DNA from: Escherichia phage W115
Reading direction: 5' to 3' (one strand)
Sequence record: ON286974
DNA length: 64,000 nt
Shown here: positions 45,447 to 55,219 of the stretch, piece after piece
Numbering within the stretch: the stretch's first letter is position 1
How the letters are laid out: each line of letters opens with the position of its first letter
Translations under genes and position numbers: made by a program
Notes under the pieces: model-generated
Told to the model about the DNA's origin: nothing
The model's database searches: none
The model's input: the letters and a program-made list of their open reading frames with translations, nothing else

Positions 45447-45506
45447 ATTCACTATTCCTTCTTTTGATTGATTTACTAGACTATTATACAGATTTAAATT
45501 TACTTG

Positions 45507-46187
45507 TCAACTATTTGTTTCGGCTTTTAATTGAGATATTTCTTTACACTCTTTAACTACTTTAACAAATAATGCTCTTGCTTTTGCGGCGTCAATAACA
45601 AGTAGTTTCTTGTACGCCTTCATTTTAACACTATAAGTTTGCCAAATCAAGTCTTTGGCTACCTTGTCGTGTTCGTCGATTATATTTAGAAAGCTATCTA
45701 ACAACATAAACGACTCAAACGATATAATCCGATTTTGCAGTAGTTTAAAGATACCGCTAGTTTCGGTTGCGGGATTATATGTAATTAGCTCTTTAAGAGT
45801 AACCCCGCGTTTCTCTGAGAAGTATACAAGACTTTTAATGTCATCGTCAAATCTTGTTGCTGCATCGGTTATCTTTCCTATGTATTCCATATAAAAGCCG
45901 TATGCGTCAACATCAGTGATTTCACCTACCCATGCATCGGTATTAGCTACCAGATTGCTTAGGAATAGGAAGTATAATTCTCTTAGATTGTACTTTTCCG
46001 CTAATTTTGCGAAATAATACTTATCTCTGCGTTTATTGAATGCGGCATCAGACAACCGCATCCTCCAATTGTATTTTACGCAATCATAACGCCCGTTCAT
46101 GTGAGCTTTCATCATGCAATATAACATATACACAGATTTAGCATTAATTCGCATATCTGGATCTGGAGGAAGACGGTTTCTGATCAT
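45507..46187 (-). CDS. 59: helicase loader gp59
   Basis: 226 aa; AKSVYMLYCMMKAHMNGRYDCVKYNWRMRLSDAAFNKRRDKYYF... co-linear with T4 gp59. Confidence 0.9.
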   Translation of the reverse strand: MIRNRLPPDPDMRINAKSVYMLYCMMKAHMNGRYDCVKYNWRMRLSDAAFNKRRDKYYFAKLAEKYNLRELYFLFLSNLVANTDAWVGEITDVDAYGFYMEYIGKITDAATRFDDDIKSLVYFSEKRGVTLKELITYNPATETSGIFKLLQNRIISFESFMLLDSFLNIIDEHDKVAKDLIWQTYSVKMKAYKKLLVIDAAKARALFVKVVKECKEISQLKAETNS

Positions 46188-46196
46188 ACATACCCC

Positions 46197-46466
46197 TTAA
46201 ATATCGAGAGTGTTGGTCGGTTCGTCGATCACTCCCTTCCTGAGCGTTCTATTTACTATACATTCTTGTGTGATCTTGTCAATAATGGACACCGGAATAT
46301 ACTTCTGATAGTGACCATATTCGATAGAGTTTTCCTCTACAAACTGCGTTGTCGCTTCAAGATAAGTCAATCCCTCTTCAACAACCAGTTTTTCGATTGC
46401 AAGACCGTTTGCTGTTTTATTCGCGGCTTTTACCGCATGTTCATTAAGCATTGAACACCCGATCAT
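46197..46466 (-). CDS. 33: late transcription accessory protein gp33
   Basis: 89 aa; ...IEKLVVEEGLTYLEATTQFVEENSI... matches the T4 gp33 core; exact start uncertain. Confidence 0.7.
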   Translation of the reverse strand: MIGCSMLNEHAVKAANKTANGLAIEKLVVEEGLTYLEATTQFVEENSIEYGHYQKYIPVSIIDKITQECIVNRTLRKGVIDEPTNTLDI

Positions 46467-46719
46467 AGAGTTCTACCGCTTCGTCGCGTTCTGCTTCGAA
46501 GGTTTCGCGCTGTTGCTGGTGATACAGTTTAAACAGAATGCCCCACATTTTACCATCTACGCCTAATTCTTCTTTAGCACGCTGTTTGATCTCTTTGATC
46601 TTATCGCCATATGCTTCTTGAATGGTTTTCTGATCGCTGGCTTCTTTAATCAGTTGTGCCAGGGTATTTCCGTGTACATTTTCGTCAAATACTACTTTTT
46701 CTTTTTTCTGTTCAGTCAT
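46444..46719 (-). CDS. dsbA: DsbA-like double-stranded DNA-binding protein
   Basis: 91 aa; assigned by size and synteny between gene 33 and rnh. Confidence 0.55.
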   Translation of the reverse strand: MTEQKKEKVVFDENVHGNTLAQLIKEASDQKTIQEAYGDKIKEIKQRAKEELGVDGKMWGILFKLYHQQQRETFEAERDEAVELYDRVFNA

Positions 46720-46723
46720 AATA

Positions 46724-47323
46724 TTAACCCTCTTTAGTAATTAATTGAAAACCACGTTCAGCTTTTGATATTTCGCTAGGACTTAAATCGTCACCAACAT
46801 ATTCTAGCATCATTTCTCGGATAATGTCAAGTGCTTTTTCATCACCTGATTTTAACTCGAACTCAAGTTCATAATGAGCAGTGTCGCCCAATCCTTCGCC
46901 TACTTTGCCATAATAGAAAGTGTCTTTGCACATTTCCACTATACCACAACCCATATCTAGAGTCAATGACTTGCGATATGTCATTACTTGCATTATTGTA
47001 GTGATATAGTCGGAGTTTACCCCTAGACTATCAATAAAATGGACGAACTCATCCCAATTTGAAAATGTCATTTCCTCGCGGTTGAATAGTCCAGATTCAT
47101 TATCACCCATTTTGACCATGATCTCTGATTTTCTACAGTCAAGTCGTGCATAAATTCCTTTTTGACGTAGCGCATGATCTTCGGTATCATAATAAAATTC
47201 GTGTTTTAATATGTTATCTCGGTCTAAGAGATTGTACCCGTCATACATTACCACCCACAAATCACAGATGGTTTCGACGCCAATTTGTGAGTGTGCATAG
47301 TATTTTAATTCAAGTTCTTTCAT
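46724..47323 (-). CDS. CYTH-domain protein (triphosphate tunnel metalloenzyme; adenylate cyclase class IV / triphosphatase-like)
   Basis: 199 aa; N-terminal ExExK (KELELKYY), HEFYYDTEDHALRQKGIYARLD, and HYELEFELK acidic strand pattern typical of CYTH; no counterpart at this position in T4. Confidence 0.6.
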   Translation of the reverse strand: MKELELKYYAHSQIGVETICDLWVVMYDGYNLLDRDNILKHEFYYDTEDHALRQKGIYARLDCRKSEIMVKMGDNESGLFNREEMTFSNWDEFVHFIDSLGVNSDYITTIMQVMTYRKSLTLDMGCGIVEMCKDTFYYGKVGEGLGDTAHYELEFELKSGDEKALDIIREMMLEYVGDDLSPSEISKAERGFQLITKEG

Positions 47324-47333
47324 GTGTCAACCC

Positions 47334-48281
47334 TTAGAACTCACCAATTTTCTGTAACATTTTAACTAACGCATTTGTTACAAAATAGTTATAAATTTTA
47401 CCGCGTGGTGCTGGTTTAGATTTCTCCCATGCTAACAAAATTTCATATTCGATGTTATCAGGAATAAATTCAAAATCAATAAGTTCGCGGTTTTCGTCAA
47501 AGCGTCGTGCTTCTTCCTCTGTCATCAAAGACTTTGGATCTTCGGCATCGAAAATTTGCTCTAACCATTTGGTTGCAATTGGTTTAGCTCGTTCTCCTTC
47601 CAGTCGTGAGATAATGAAATCACTACGGCACTTGATCGAAGCTACACCGTCTTTTGCGTCACCCTTAACACATTTTACCATAAGGTCTTTGTAAGGGCTA
47701 CCATATTTGCATTTCTTCCATGCTTTCTGTACTGGTGCCCACTGTTTCACATTTTTGTATTTGTGCAACTGTGTGTAGTCACCATCGCCGGAGTTGATTA
47801 GCACCTGGCGACCTTCTACAGAAAACTTTTTAGTTAATACAGCGATTATATCATCCGCTTCAACTTTGTCAACCTTAATAACGTGATAAGGCATGTTCTC
47901 TTTAAACTCTTCGGTGATCTTATTGATCGCAGCAAAGATCATCTCCCAATCACGCGGATCTGCGTCTCGTTTTTCCTTACGGTTGCGTTTATAGTAAGGT
48001 GCGATATCACGTCGCCAGTAACCTTTGCTTGAATCAAAGGCAAGTACCGTAATTGGGTATTGCTCTTTGAATTTTGTCATATTATAACGCATGGTGTCAA
48101 GAATAAGATGACGAATCATGCCTTCATTAATAGGATCTTCCGGTTTAAAGGTATGCGAGATAGTAGCAATCATAAGCTGCGACATATCAATCAAATGCAC
48201 ACCTTCCGGCAGTTTATCTTCTGGATCATCGAAGAAATCATTAAGTGTAGCGGTAGTTTTTGTAAATGGGTTATACGTCAT
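47334..48281 (-). CDS. rnh: RNase H (FEN-family 5'-3' exonuclease)
   Basis: 315 aa; acidic-cluster pattern (FDSSKGYWRR, DDIIAV, SGDGDY) of T4 RNase H; synteny. Confidence 0.85.
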   Translation of the reverse strand: MTYNPFTKTTATLNDFFDDPEDKLPEGVHLIDMSQLMIATISHTFKPEDPINEGMIRHLILDTMRYNMTKFKEQYPITVLAFDSSKGYWRRDIAPYYKRNRKEKRDADPRDWEMIFAAINKITEEFKENMPYHVIKVDKVEADDIIAVLTKKFSVEGRQVLINSGDGDYTQLHKYKNVKQWAPVQKAWKKCKYGSPYKDLMVKCVKGDAKDGVASIKCRSDFIISRLEGERAKPIATKWLEQIFDAEDPKSLMTEEEARRFDENRELIDFEFIPDNIEYEILLAWEKSKPAPRGKIYNYFVTNALVKMLQKIGEF

Positions 48282-48283
48282 AA

Positions 48284-48469
48284 TTAAGTTCTCTCCACTC
48301 TCACAACAACATATTCGCCAAACGAGTTAGATACTTCACGATCATACCCGTATTTCTCCATAACTCGCAGAATTGCATTGTTTAATTCGGCACGGAAATA
48401 ATTGTAATCCTTATCAGGGATTCTGTCAACTACCCATTTTGCACCTTCTGACAAATCAACTTTAACCAT
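48284..48469 (-). CDS. hypothetical protein (61 aa)
   Basis: Track ORF between rnh and gene 34. Confidence 0.45.
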   Translation of the reverse strand: MVKVDLSEGAKWVVDRIPDKDYNYFRAELNNAILRVMEKYGYDREVSNSFGEYVVVRVERT

Positions 48470-48507
48470 AATATATCATCCTCTTTTGTTTCTATCAAGC
48501 CTTATTT

Positions 48508-48515
48508 TATAAATA
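48508..48515 (+). promoter_or_regulatory. T4-type late promoter (TATAAATA) upstream of gene 34
   Basis: Exact TATAAATA about 28 nt upstream of the gene 34 ATG; AAAGGAGA RBS. Confidence 0.65.
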
Positions 48516-48543
48516 TGAACATACTATAAAAGGAGACCCAATA

Positions 48544-51500
48544 ATGGCAGATTTTTCTCAACATTTCAAGGCCACATTTGGCTTTGACGCTGGTAATGAA
48601 AAGGTCGTCAATGTAGCATTGGCTGATAAGAATGTCAACACCGATGCGGTCAACGTTGAATTTTTCAATTACCATAATGGTATTACTCAGTATGACACAA
48701 CTCGCGGTTATGATCAATACGGAACTACAATCTATCAAAACCGTCCGTATTATGCAAAAGAAGATATCACAAAGCCAGCAGGTGATTTTGACCCGACTAA
48801 ATGGCAAGCACTGCGCACGGACCCACGTTGGGATTATATTGCAGCAACTTCCGGTGATACTCCTTTAAAGTCTGGTGATTATATCGCAGCAGATGGTCAA
48901 TTTGCAAACTTGACTTTCTCTATGCCAACTAAACCAGCAGAGGGAGACACTATAACAGTAAAAGATATCGGTGGCAAGTGTGGTGTTAACGAATTATCGT
49001 TCTTGAGTACAGGACATGAGTTTTACCATAATGGTAATGTATATAACAGAAAATGGTATTGCACTACCCCGTATGCAATGAACTATTTCATCTTTGTTCG
49101 GAATCGTTGGCATGTTTATCAGACAGGAACAGAGCCACGCGGTGTGTACGCACAGCCAGCGATTGATGCTATTCAAATGCAGAATGGTGATCAGGTATTT
49201 CGTCGTAGTTCGTTGGGTAATATTACCTTAGTGCTTCCTAAGTTTGCCAACAATGGCGACATGATCCAGACTACAGACCTTGACGGATTAACCGCAACCA
49301 ACCACGTTACGGTTAAAGTTCATGAGCACGCAGAAGAACAATCAATTGGCACGTCCGGTCTAAAAGAGATTATCGGTAAGCGTAGCGGTCATGGTGTATT
49401 CATCTTTGACAAGACGGAAAACTTATGGCGTTTGTGGGATGGTGATCAGTCTGTTCGTCTTAAACCGATCATCAATGACACTCGCTTGCAACCTAATAGC
49501 TATGTTGCTGTATTTGGTGGTCGTGATGTTACTCTGACGCTGCCGACCAATGTCGAGCCGGGTGATCGTATTCAAGTTTCTATGCAGTATATGCACGGAA
49601 ACCAGACTTGCCGAATCATTACCTCAGAAGAGGATACAAAAATCCTTATGCAGAAAAACATGGTTCAGTTTCCTAAGCGTAGCGAGTACCCATTCAATGG
49701 GACCGATACATGGACTGGAGTGTCTGAATTGTCTTTCAACGCTGCAAATGATTATGTACCTTATCTGGAGTTCTCTTATTCAGAAGGTGATGATGGTAAG
49801 AAATACTGGTTGGTGGCACATGCTCACCCGATTGTAGAACGAGTAGATCCGACTCGTAAAGATCGTGTTGGTGTAATTGCACTGGCTACCCAGACTGAAA
49901 CGAATAAAAACCATGAAGAGAATCCTAGCGACGAAGTTGCTGTAACACCAAAAATGCTGGCTAATAAAACAGCCAACGAAACTCGACGCGGTATTGCTCG
50001 CATTGCGACTCAAGCGGAAACGCATCAAGATACTGGTTCCAACTTCCTGGATGATGTTATCGTTACACCCAAAAAGTTAAATGACTGTGTTGCTACCGAA
50101 GCCCGTCGTGGTGTGATGGAAATTGCAACCCAGCACGAAACCAATGAAGGTTTAGACGATACCCGCGCTATTACTCCTAAGAAATTAGAAGAACGTCGCG
50201 CTTCCGAAGATCTAGCTGGTATTGCTGAAATTGTTCAGGCTGGCGGTAGTGCTGCCGCTCGACGTGGCGAAGCTGGTACAGGGATCTATAACATCAACGA
50301 CCATGCTAAAATTGTTACGCCACAAAACATCAACGAAGTCAAGGCGACCGAAACTTCCCGTGGTGTTGGCTATCTGGCAACTGACGCGGAAGTGCAAGGG
50401 GCTACAGAATCAACCCCGCAAGATGCTTTACTAATCACGACTCGCACGCTAACGAAACGTACTGCTACCGAATCGCGCACTGGTATCGCTGAAATTGCAA
50501 CTCAGGAAGAAACAAACTTAGGTCAAAGTGATAACCATATCATCACGCCTAAAAAGCTGCATACTCGCCGCGCAACTGAAACTTTACATGGTTTAGCAGA
50601 AATTGCAACTCAACCGGAGTTTGACGCAGGTCGTGACGATTCTCGCATTTCTACCCCATTGAAGATTAAAACCTTCTTTGAGAATGCACAGCGTTTGAAA
50701 GTAGATCCGACTCAGGGGCTTAACCTTACTGGTGATTTGTGGCAAGGTATCATGATCAGCGGTCTGGATGCAACCGAAGACACAAAAGGTGTCGCTAAAG
50801 TTGCTACTACTCAGCTTACTGACGCTGGTCAAGATGATACTACAATCATCACGCCTAAAAAGCTGCAAGGCAAAAAGGCCACCGAAGGTAAAGAAGGCAT
50901 TATCCGAGTTGGTACTCAAGCCGAAACCGTGGCTGGTATTATGGACAATGTAGCAATTTCTCCGAAGAACTTCAAATATGTTGTTCAGACAGAGGATACA
51001 TGGAAAGCAACCGAAGCGCGTCGTGGATTCTTGAAAGTTGCTACTCAGGAAAACTGTTTTGTTGGTGATAATCTGCAAGGTTCTACTCAAGAACTAGGAA
51101 ACTACCAGCATGACGGAATTGCTGTTACCCCTAAAGGATTAAACTACGCACTTGCTAATTTCTTACCTAAGATGGCAACCGCTCAGAATAGTTTGAAATT
51201 GGGTAACGTAGAGGCCTCTAAATGGGCGCGTAGAGACATTGACCAGACCATTGAGAGCAATTACACGTTTAATAAAAACGTTAACGTGAAGGGCGATTTA
51301 GAGTGCTTAAAATCTGGTTCCTTTGAAACTCTGTCTGTGACTAAGAACTCGACCGATGTTCCGAGTAATGGTCATCTGGTGTTGGGTGAGCGTGGAGTTG
51401 ACGGTCACACCGGAATTACTCTGCATGGCACAACCGCATCGGAAGGCATGAAAAACTCTTGGTCTATTATCGTTGGTGGTACTGGAACAGCGCAAGTTGT

Positions 51501-52284
51501 TGATAGTGATGCTATCGCTTTCGGTAAAATCAATGATGGTGGAGTCGTTGAGCATTACGCCTTTGCTATGAAACACAATGGCGACGCGACAGCATATAGA
51601 GACTTTATTGCAGGTCGTAACCTGTATGCGAAACAAGGCGGTTTATACATTGTTGACCAGTCTAATCCGGCAATGACTCGTTCCCCAGATGGTATGCTGA
51701 ATATCGGTCACGGTGGAAGTGTTAACATCAAGGCAGGGCATCAAACGTTAACTACAGAGATCGCCGGACAGAAATATCAGATCGTACACGCAGGAAACGC
51801 TGACGAAGTTCTTAACCGTCAGTTTGTTAAGAATGCTGGCGATACAATGGTCGGTAAGCTGACTATGGATAATGCGCCTATTGTTTCTGTTAAGCATGAA
51901 GCTAGCGCGGCAACCGCTCCGGCAATCGGTAACATCGGTTTCTGGAATATGCGAGTTACTACCCAGAACATCAAAGAAACTTATCCAGAGAAGAAAAACG
52001 GTACTCTGATGCAATGGGGTACTGACGCGGACGGGCTTACCCAGCTTTGGTCCCCTGATGGTACTCATAAACATTATATCCGTTCCGGTACTGGTGGTCA
52101 ATGGACCGCATGGGGTGAAATTTACACCAAACAGAATAAGCCTACCGCTCAGGAAATCGGGGCAGTAGTTGCAGAAGGTGGTTTAATGAACTCTATGACG
52201 GTTCGTGATTGGATCAAAGTTGGTAATGTTAAAATCATCGCCAATAATCTGACTCGTACCGTAGACTTTATCTGGGAAGACTAA
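48544..52284 (+). CDS. 34: long tail fibre proximal subunit gp34
   Basis: 1246 aa; N-terminus and internal repeats (...RRGIARIATQAETHQD..., ...ATEARRGVMEIATQHETNEG...) co-linear with T4 gp34. Confidence 0.9.
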   Translation: MADFSQHFKATFGFDAGNEKVVNVALADKNVNTDAVNVEFFNYHNGITQYDTTRGYDQYGTTIYQNRPYYAKEDITKPAGDFDPTKWQALRTDPRWDYIAATSGDTPLKSGDYIAADGQFANLTFSMPTKPAEGDTITVKDIGGKCGVNELSFLSTGHEFYHNGNVYNRKWYCTTPYAMNYFIFVRNRWHVYQTGTEPRGVYAQPAIDAIQMQNGDQVFRRSSLGNITLVLPKFANNGDMIQTTDLDGLTATNHVTVKVHEHAEEQSIGTSGLKEIIGKRSGHGVFIFDKTENLWRLWDGDQSVRLKPIINDTRLQPNSYVAVFGGRDVTLTLPTNVEPGDRIQVSMQYMHGNQTCRIITSEEDTKILMQKNMVQFPKRSEYPFNGTDTWTGVSELSFNAANDYVPYLEFSYSEGDDGKKYWLVAHAHPIVERVDPTRKDRVGVIALATQTETNKNHEENPSDEVAVTPKMLANKTANETRRGIARIATQAETHQDTGSNFLDDVIVTPKKLNDCVATEARRGVMEIATQHETNEGLDDTRAITPKKLEERRASEDLAGIAEIVQAGGSAAARRGEAGTGIYNINDHAKIVTPQNINEVKATETSRGVGYLATDAEVQGATESTPQDALLITTRTLTKRTATESRTGIAEIATQEETNLGQSDNHIITPKKLHTRRATETLHGLAEIATQPEFDAGRDDSRISTPLKIKTFFENAQRLKVDPTQGLNLTGDLWQGIMISGLDATEDTKGVAKVATTQLTDAGQDDTTIITPKKLQGKKATEGKEGIIRVGTQAETVAGIMDNVAISPKNFKYVVQTEDTWKATEARRGFLKVATQENCFVGDNLQGSTQELGNYQHDGIAVTPKGLNYALANFLPKMATAQNSLKLGNVEASKWARRDIDQTIESNYTFNKNVNVKGDLECLKSGSFETLSVTKNSTDVPSNGHLVLGERGVDGHTGITLHGTTASEGMKNSWSIIVGGTGTAQVVDSDAIAFGKINDGGVVEHYAFAMKHNGDATAYRDFIAGRNLYAKQGGLYIVDQSNPAMTRSPDGMLNIGHGGSVNIKAGHQTLTTEIAGQKYQIVHAGNADEVLNRQFVKNAGDTMVGKLTMDNAPIVSVKHEASAATAPAIGNIGFWNMRVTTQNIKETYPEKKNGTLMQWGTDADGLTQLWSPDGTHKHYIRSGTGGQWTAWGEIYTKQNKPTAQEIGAVVAEGGLMNSMTVRDWIKVGNVKIIANNLTRTVDFIWED

Positions 52285-52287
52285 TTA

Positions 52288-52310
52288 AAGGGGGCGAAAG
52301 CCCCCTATGG
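52288..52310 (+). terminator. hairpin GGGGGCGAAAGCCCCC after gene 34
   Basis: Perfect stem-loop 3 nt after the stop; weak T-run, so a partial terminator or RNA-stability element. Confidence 0.4.
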
Positions 52311-52317
52311 GGTTATT

Positions 52318-53457
52318 ATGACACAAGATATAGAATTACGCAATACTGGAATTAGGTTTGCGCATTTCGACGAAGACTCTGCGACATTTACCAGCATTTC
52401 AGAAAATAACTCTGTGATGTATAAGCTGGAAGTGCGCGGATCTAATGCGGATTCTACCAAACCAGCAAGGATTAGATTTAATGGAGTGGAGATCGTTGGC
52501 ACTGGCTATGAAAATGGCCTAAATTTTAAAGTTCTTACTCCAACTGGACAACTACACGAAGAAAAGGTATTCTATGGTCGCGGTGCTGTTTTGGCAATGC
52601 GTGATTATCTTTCTTTGCTGAAAGGTGACTATATCATTGCGATGGCAACGCATGGAGAATTGTTTGCAGATCCGATAAGTGATGTTGTATTTTCTAAGAT
52701 GGGATCTGTATCATTCCCGAATCACATTTTGCTACAGCAAATGCCTCGTGTATCCTATGCAGCAATTTATTCTACTAAAATGGGTAAAATTGTGTGCGAA
52801 GGGATGCAAGCGACCAACGGGGAAGGACAAGATTCATCTATACAAATTGAGAAGGTTTATGATACTATAGATGATCTTGCTATAACAGGAACACCACAAC
52901 GATTTTTAGATTATCCGGTTGAGTATGTTAGCGAAGATGCCGAACATTTCGAGCTAATACAATGGCCTCATGATGAGACCAGCGCCCCACTTGAGGATTT
53001 TAACATAAAGGCAGGTGACAAACTATCAATATCCTTTGAATTGTTCCGTGATAGTGCCGCAGCCGCAGCCAACGTAACAGCGCGTTTCTATCACAACTAC
53101 TTCACCGATGGACAATATCAAACTGGTGTTCGATACAATGCCAGCAAAAAAGACCAATGGGAAAAGTTTGAAGCCGTCTATACCGTACCGGAAGGAGTTG
53201 ATAGTGTAGTAACTGGTTGTATCAGATATCCAACCAACTCCAATGAAGGTATTGTTAAAATTAGAAACATACTAATAACGCCGATCAGTGGAGTCGTCAA
53301 AACTACTGGTCCTACTTCATTTGGTGTTAATGGTGTTAGAACAACTCATATTCAGGATAACGGTGATTTTACTAACCCTGTAATGAGTCTTCTTAAACTA
53401 CCCAGAGATAATAAACACATCACATCCAACAACTTTAAAGAGTTCGATGTTGATTAA
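52318..53457 (+). CDS. 35: long tail fibre hinge connector gp35
   Basis: 379 aa; C-terminal FGVNGVR and overall co-linearity with T4 gp35. Confidence 0.85.
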   Translation: MTQDIELRNTGIRFAHFDEDSATFTSISENNSVMYKLEVRGSNADSTKPARIRFNGVEIVGTGYENGLNFKVLTPTGQLHEEKVFYGRGAVLAMRDYLSLLKGDYIIAMATHGELFADPISDVVFSKMGSVSFPNHILLQQMPRVSYAAIYSTKMGKIVCEGMQATNGEGQDSSIQIEKVYDTIDDLAITGTPQRFLDYPVEYVSEDAEHFELIQWPHDETSAPLEDFNIKAGDKLSISFELFRDSAAAAANVTARFYHNYFTDGQYQTGVRYNASKKDQWEKFEAVYTVPEGVDSVVTGCIRYPTNSNEGIVKIRNILITPISGVVKTTGPTSFGVNGVRTTHIQDNGDFTNPVMSLLKLPRDNKHITSNNFKEFDVD

Positions 53458-53465
53458 CATTTTTA

Positions 53466-53500
53466 ACAAGCCGATCCATGTGGTCGGCTTTATTTTTATA
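53466..53500 (+). terminator. intrinsic terminator after gene 35
   Basis: agccgatc-catgt-ggtcggctt hairpin plus TTTATTTTT. Confidence 0.6.
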
Positions 53501-53617
53501 CAGTTGGTTAAATTGTAACCAAAACGAAGAAAGATCTTTAGAATAATAGAAATTTGTTTCGGTTAAAAATTAGTCAGTGCCTACGGCACGTCGCGAAGCG
53601 ATATTTTGTTAACATTC

Positions 53618-53625
53618 TATAAATA
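53618..53625 (+). promoter_or_regulatory. T4-type late promoter (TATAAATA) upstream of gene 36
   Basis: Exact TATAAATA about 33 nt upstream of the gene 36 ATG. Confidence 0.65.
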
Positions 53626-53658
53626 CTCGGAACTATAACTAATTTTTGAGGTTACTTT

Positions 53659-55149
53659 ATGGCAGATTTGAAATATGGATCTACTGTAGGTGGATCGCCC
53701 ATTTGGACGCAAGGAAACTTGACGATCCAGCCAGCGGGGGATCAGCTTTTCTACAAAGGTCATAAAATCTATACCGCTTTTGATAGACCTTCGGCTACCG
53801 ATTTTGATGCTGTTAGTGCATCCGAAGGTGGCACATTTCAAAAGCAAGTTCATTTCGAGGAAGGTTTAAGCGTAGGTAGCGCATCGGCTGGAGAAACCAA
53901 AAAGAATGGTATCTTTAAAGGGCAGAGTGACGCTGCTAATTTTGACGGCGTAAGCTGGGGTTTGCATTCATGGAAGTCAATCGGCTTTGTTAATGCCCGT
54001 GATGGCGTTATCATGGCGTATATTGACACCACAACGGGCGAATTTAAGTCTAAAGGGACTATCGAAGGGACAACCATTAAAGATACAGGTCAACGCGTCT
54101 ATAGCCCTGTTAATAAACCAACGAATAATGATTTGGATTTAGTTTCCCGTCGCGGTGATACTCTCACAGGAACATATAATTTAAACACTGTCACTGTTAA
54201 ACTATCGGTTGATTCGAAATTAATTGCAAGGGAACGTGATTTAATTAATTTTGATGCGACTAAGATCTATTATGGTAACGTTCTTGATACGTTGGTCTTC
54301 CGAAGTAAAGATGAGCCTACCATTTTTGTTAATGGCAAAGAAGGTCGTTTTTATCACACCAACAATAAACCAACTAAAGCCGATGTTGGACTAGGTAATG
54401 TCACCAATGATGCACAGGTTAAACGTGCTGGTGATATTATGGAAGGTAACTTGCAAGCGCCTAGAATGTTGGCGACAAACGATCCTGCTGGTCCTAATGA
54501 ATTGGTTCGTTTGAGCTACTTTGAGAGAAAATCAATGGTAGCAAATCCAACCATCATTGGAAACGTTGATTGGAACACTCTTATTAATCGCGGTATCTAT
54601 CGTGTGGAAAATGCTGGGTCGGGTACTAATAAACCGTCTGATAGCTATTATAACGGCGTTTTGATGGTATATCGCCCAGAAGATGCGGTCGGTACTCGTC
54701 GAATTGTTCAGGTGTATTATCCTGAATCTATTGACCATCCGATGTGCTGGCGTTCGTGTTCTAATGAATCATGGACTGCATGGAACTATGTAGATCACCG
54801 TAAATTAGCCGATATTCGCTATGTTAACGTAACTGGCGATACCATGACAGGACCGTTAACTGTTCCGGCTGCAAATGGCGTTAGAACAGCTAAAACTAAC
54901 TATAACGGGGATAACTGTTATGCGGCGTTAAGCGGTGCTGATGGTACTGCTATGATTCACCGCATTAGTGATATTAAAGGGACCGAAAAGCTGGGGATCA
55001 CCCACGACTCAAAGGTCGTGTTTTTCCGTTCTAGAAACAATACTCAAACCGTGGACCGCTATCAGCTTTATCATGAAGGTAATAAACCTACTCCGGCTGA
55101 TGTTGGAGCGGTTCCACTTAATGCGGTGATTGATTTTGGTACTTTCTAA
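53659..55149 (+). CDS. 36: long tail fibre distal connector gp36 (enlarged, 496 aa)
   Basis: N-terminus MADLKYGSTVGGSPIWTQGN...PAGD..FYKG.KIY matches T4 gp36, but the protein is more than twice the T4 length (221 aa). Confidence 0.8.
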   Translation: MADLKYGSTVGGSPIWTQGNLTIQPAGDQLFYKGHKIYTAFDRPSATDFDAVSASEGGTFQKQVHFEEGLSVGSASAGETKKNGIFKGQSDAANFDGVSWGLHSWKSIGFVNARDGVIMAYIDTTTGEFKSKGTIEGTTIKDTGQRVYSPVNKPTNNDLDLVSRRGDTLTGTYNLNTVTVKLSVDSKLIARERDLINFDATKIYYGNVLDTLVFRSKDEPTIFVNGKEGRFYHTNNKPTKADVGLGNVTNDAQVKRAGDIMEGNLQAPRMLATNDPAGPNELVRLSYFERKSMVANPTIIGNVDWNTLINRGIYRVENAGSGTNKPSDSYYNGVLMVYRPEDAVGTRRIVQVYYPESIDHPMCWRSCSNESWTAWNYVDHRKLADIRYVNVTGDTMTGPLTVPAANGVRTAKTNYNGDNCYAALSGADGTAMIHRISDIKGTEKLGITHDSKVVFFRSRNNTQTVDRYQLYHEGNKPTPADVGAVPLNAVIDFGTF

Positions 55150-55180
55150 TTTTAGCGGGGATTATCTCCCCGCTTTTCTA
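55150..55180 (+). terminator. hairpin after gene 36
   Basis: agcgggga-ttatct-ccccgct followed by TTTTCT. Confidence 0.45.
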
Positions 55181-55219
55181 AATAATATTATTCTAATAAC
55201 CGTTTAAGGATTTTATAAA

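Noticed and set aside
48502-48807. Minus-strand ORF of 101 aa overlapping the gene 34 start
   Set aside because: It lies antisense to the late promoter and 5' end of gene 34, has no RBS and is low-complexity; likely spurious
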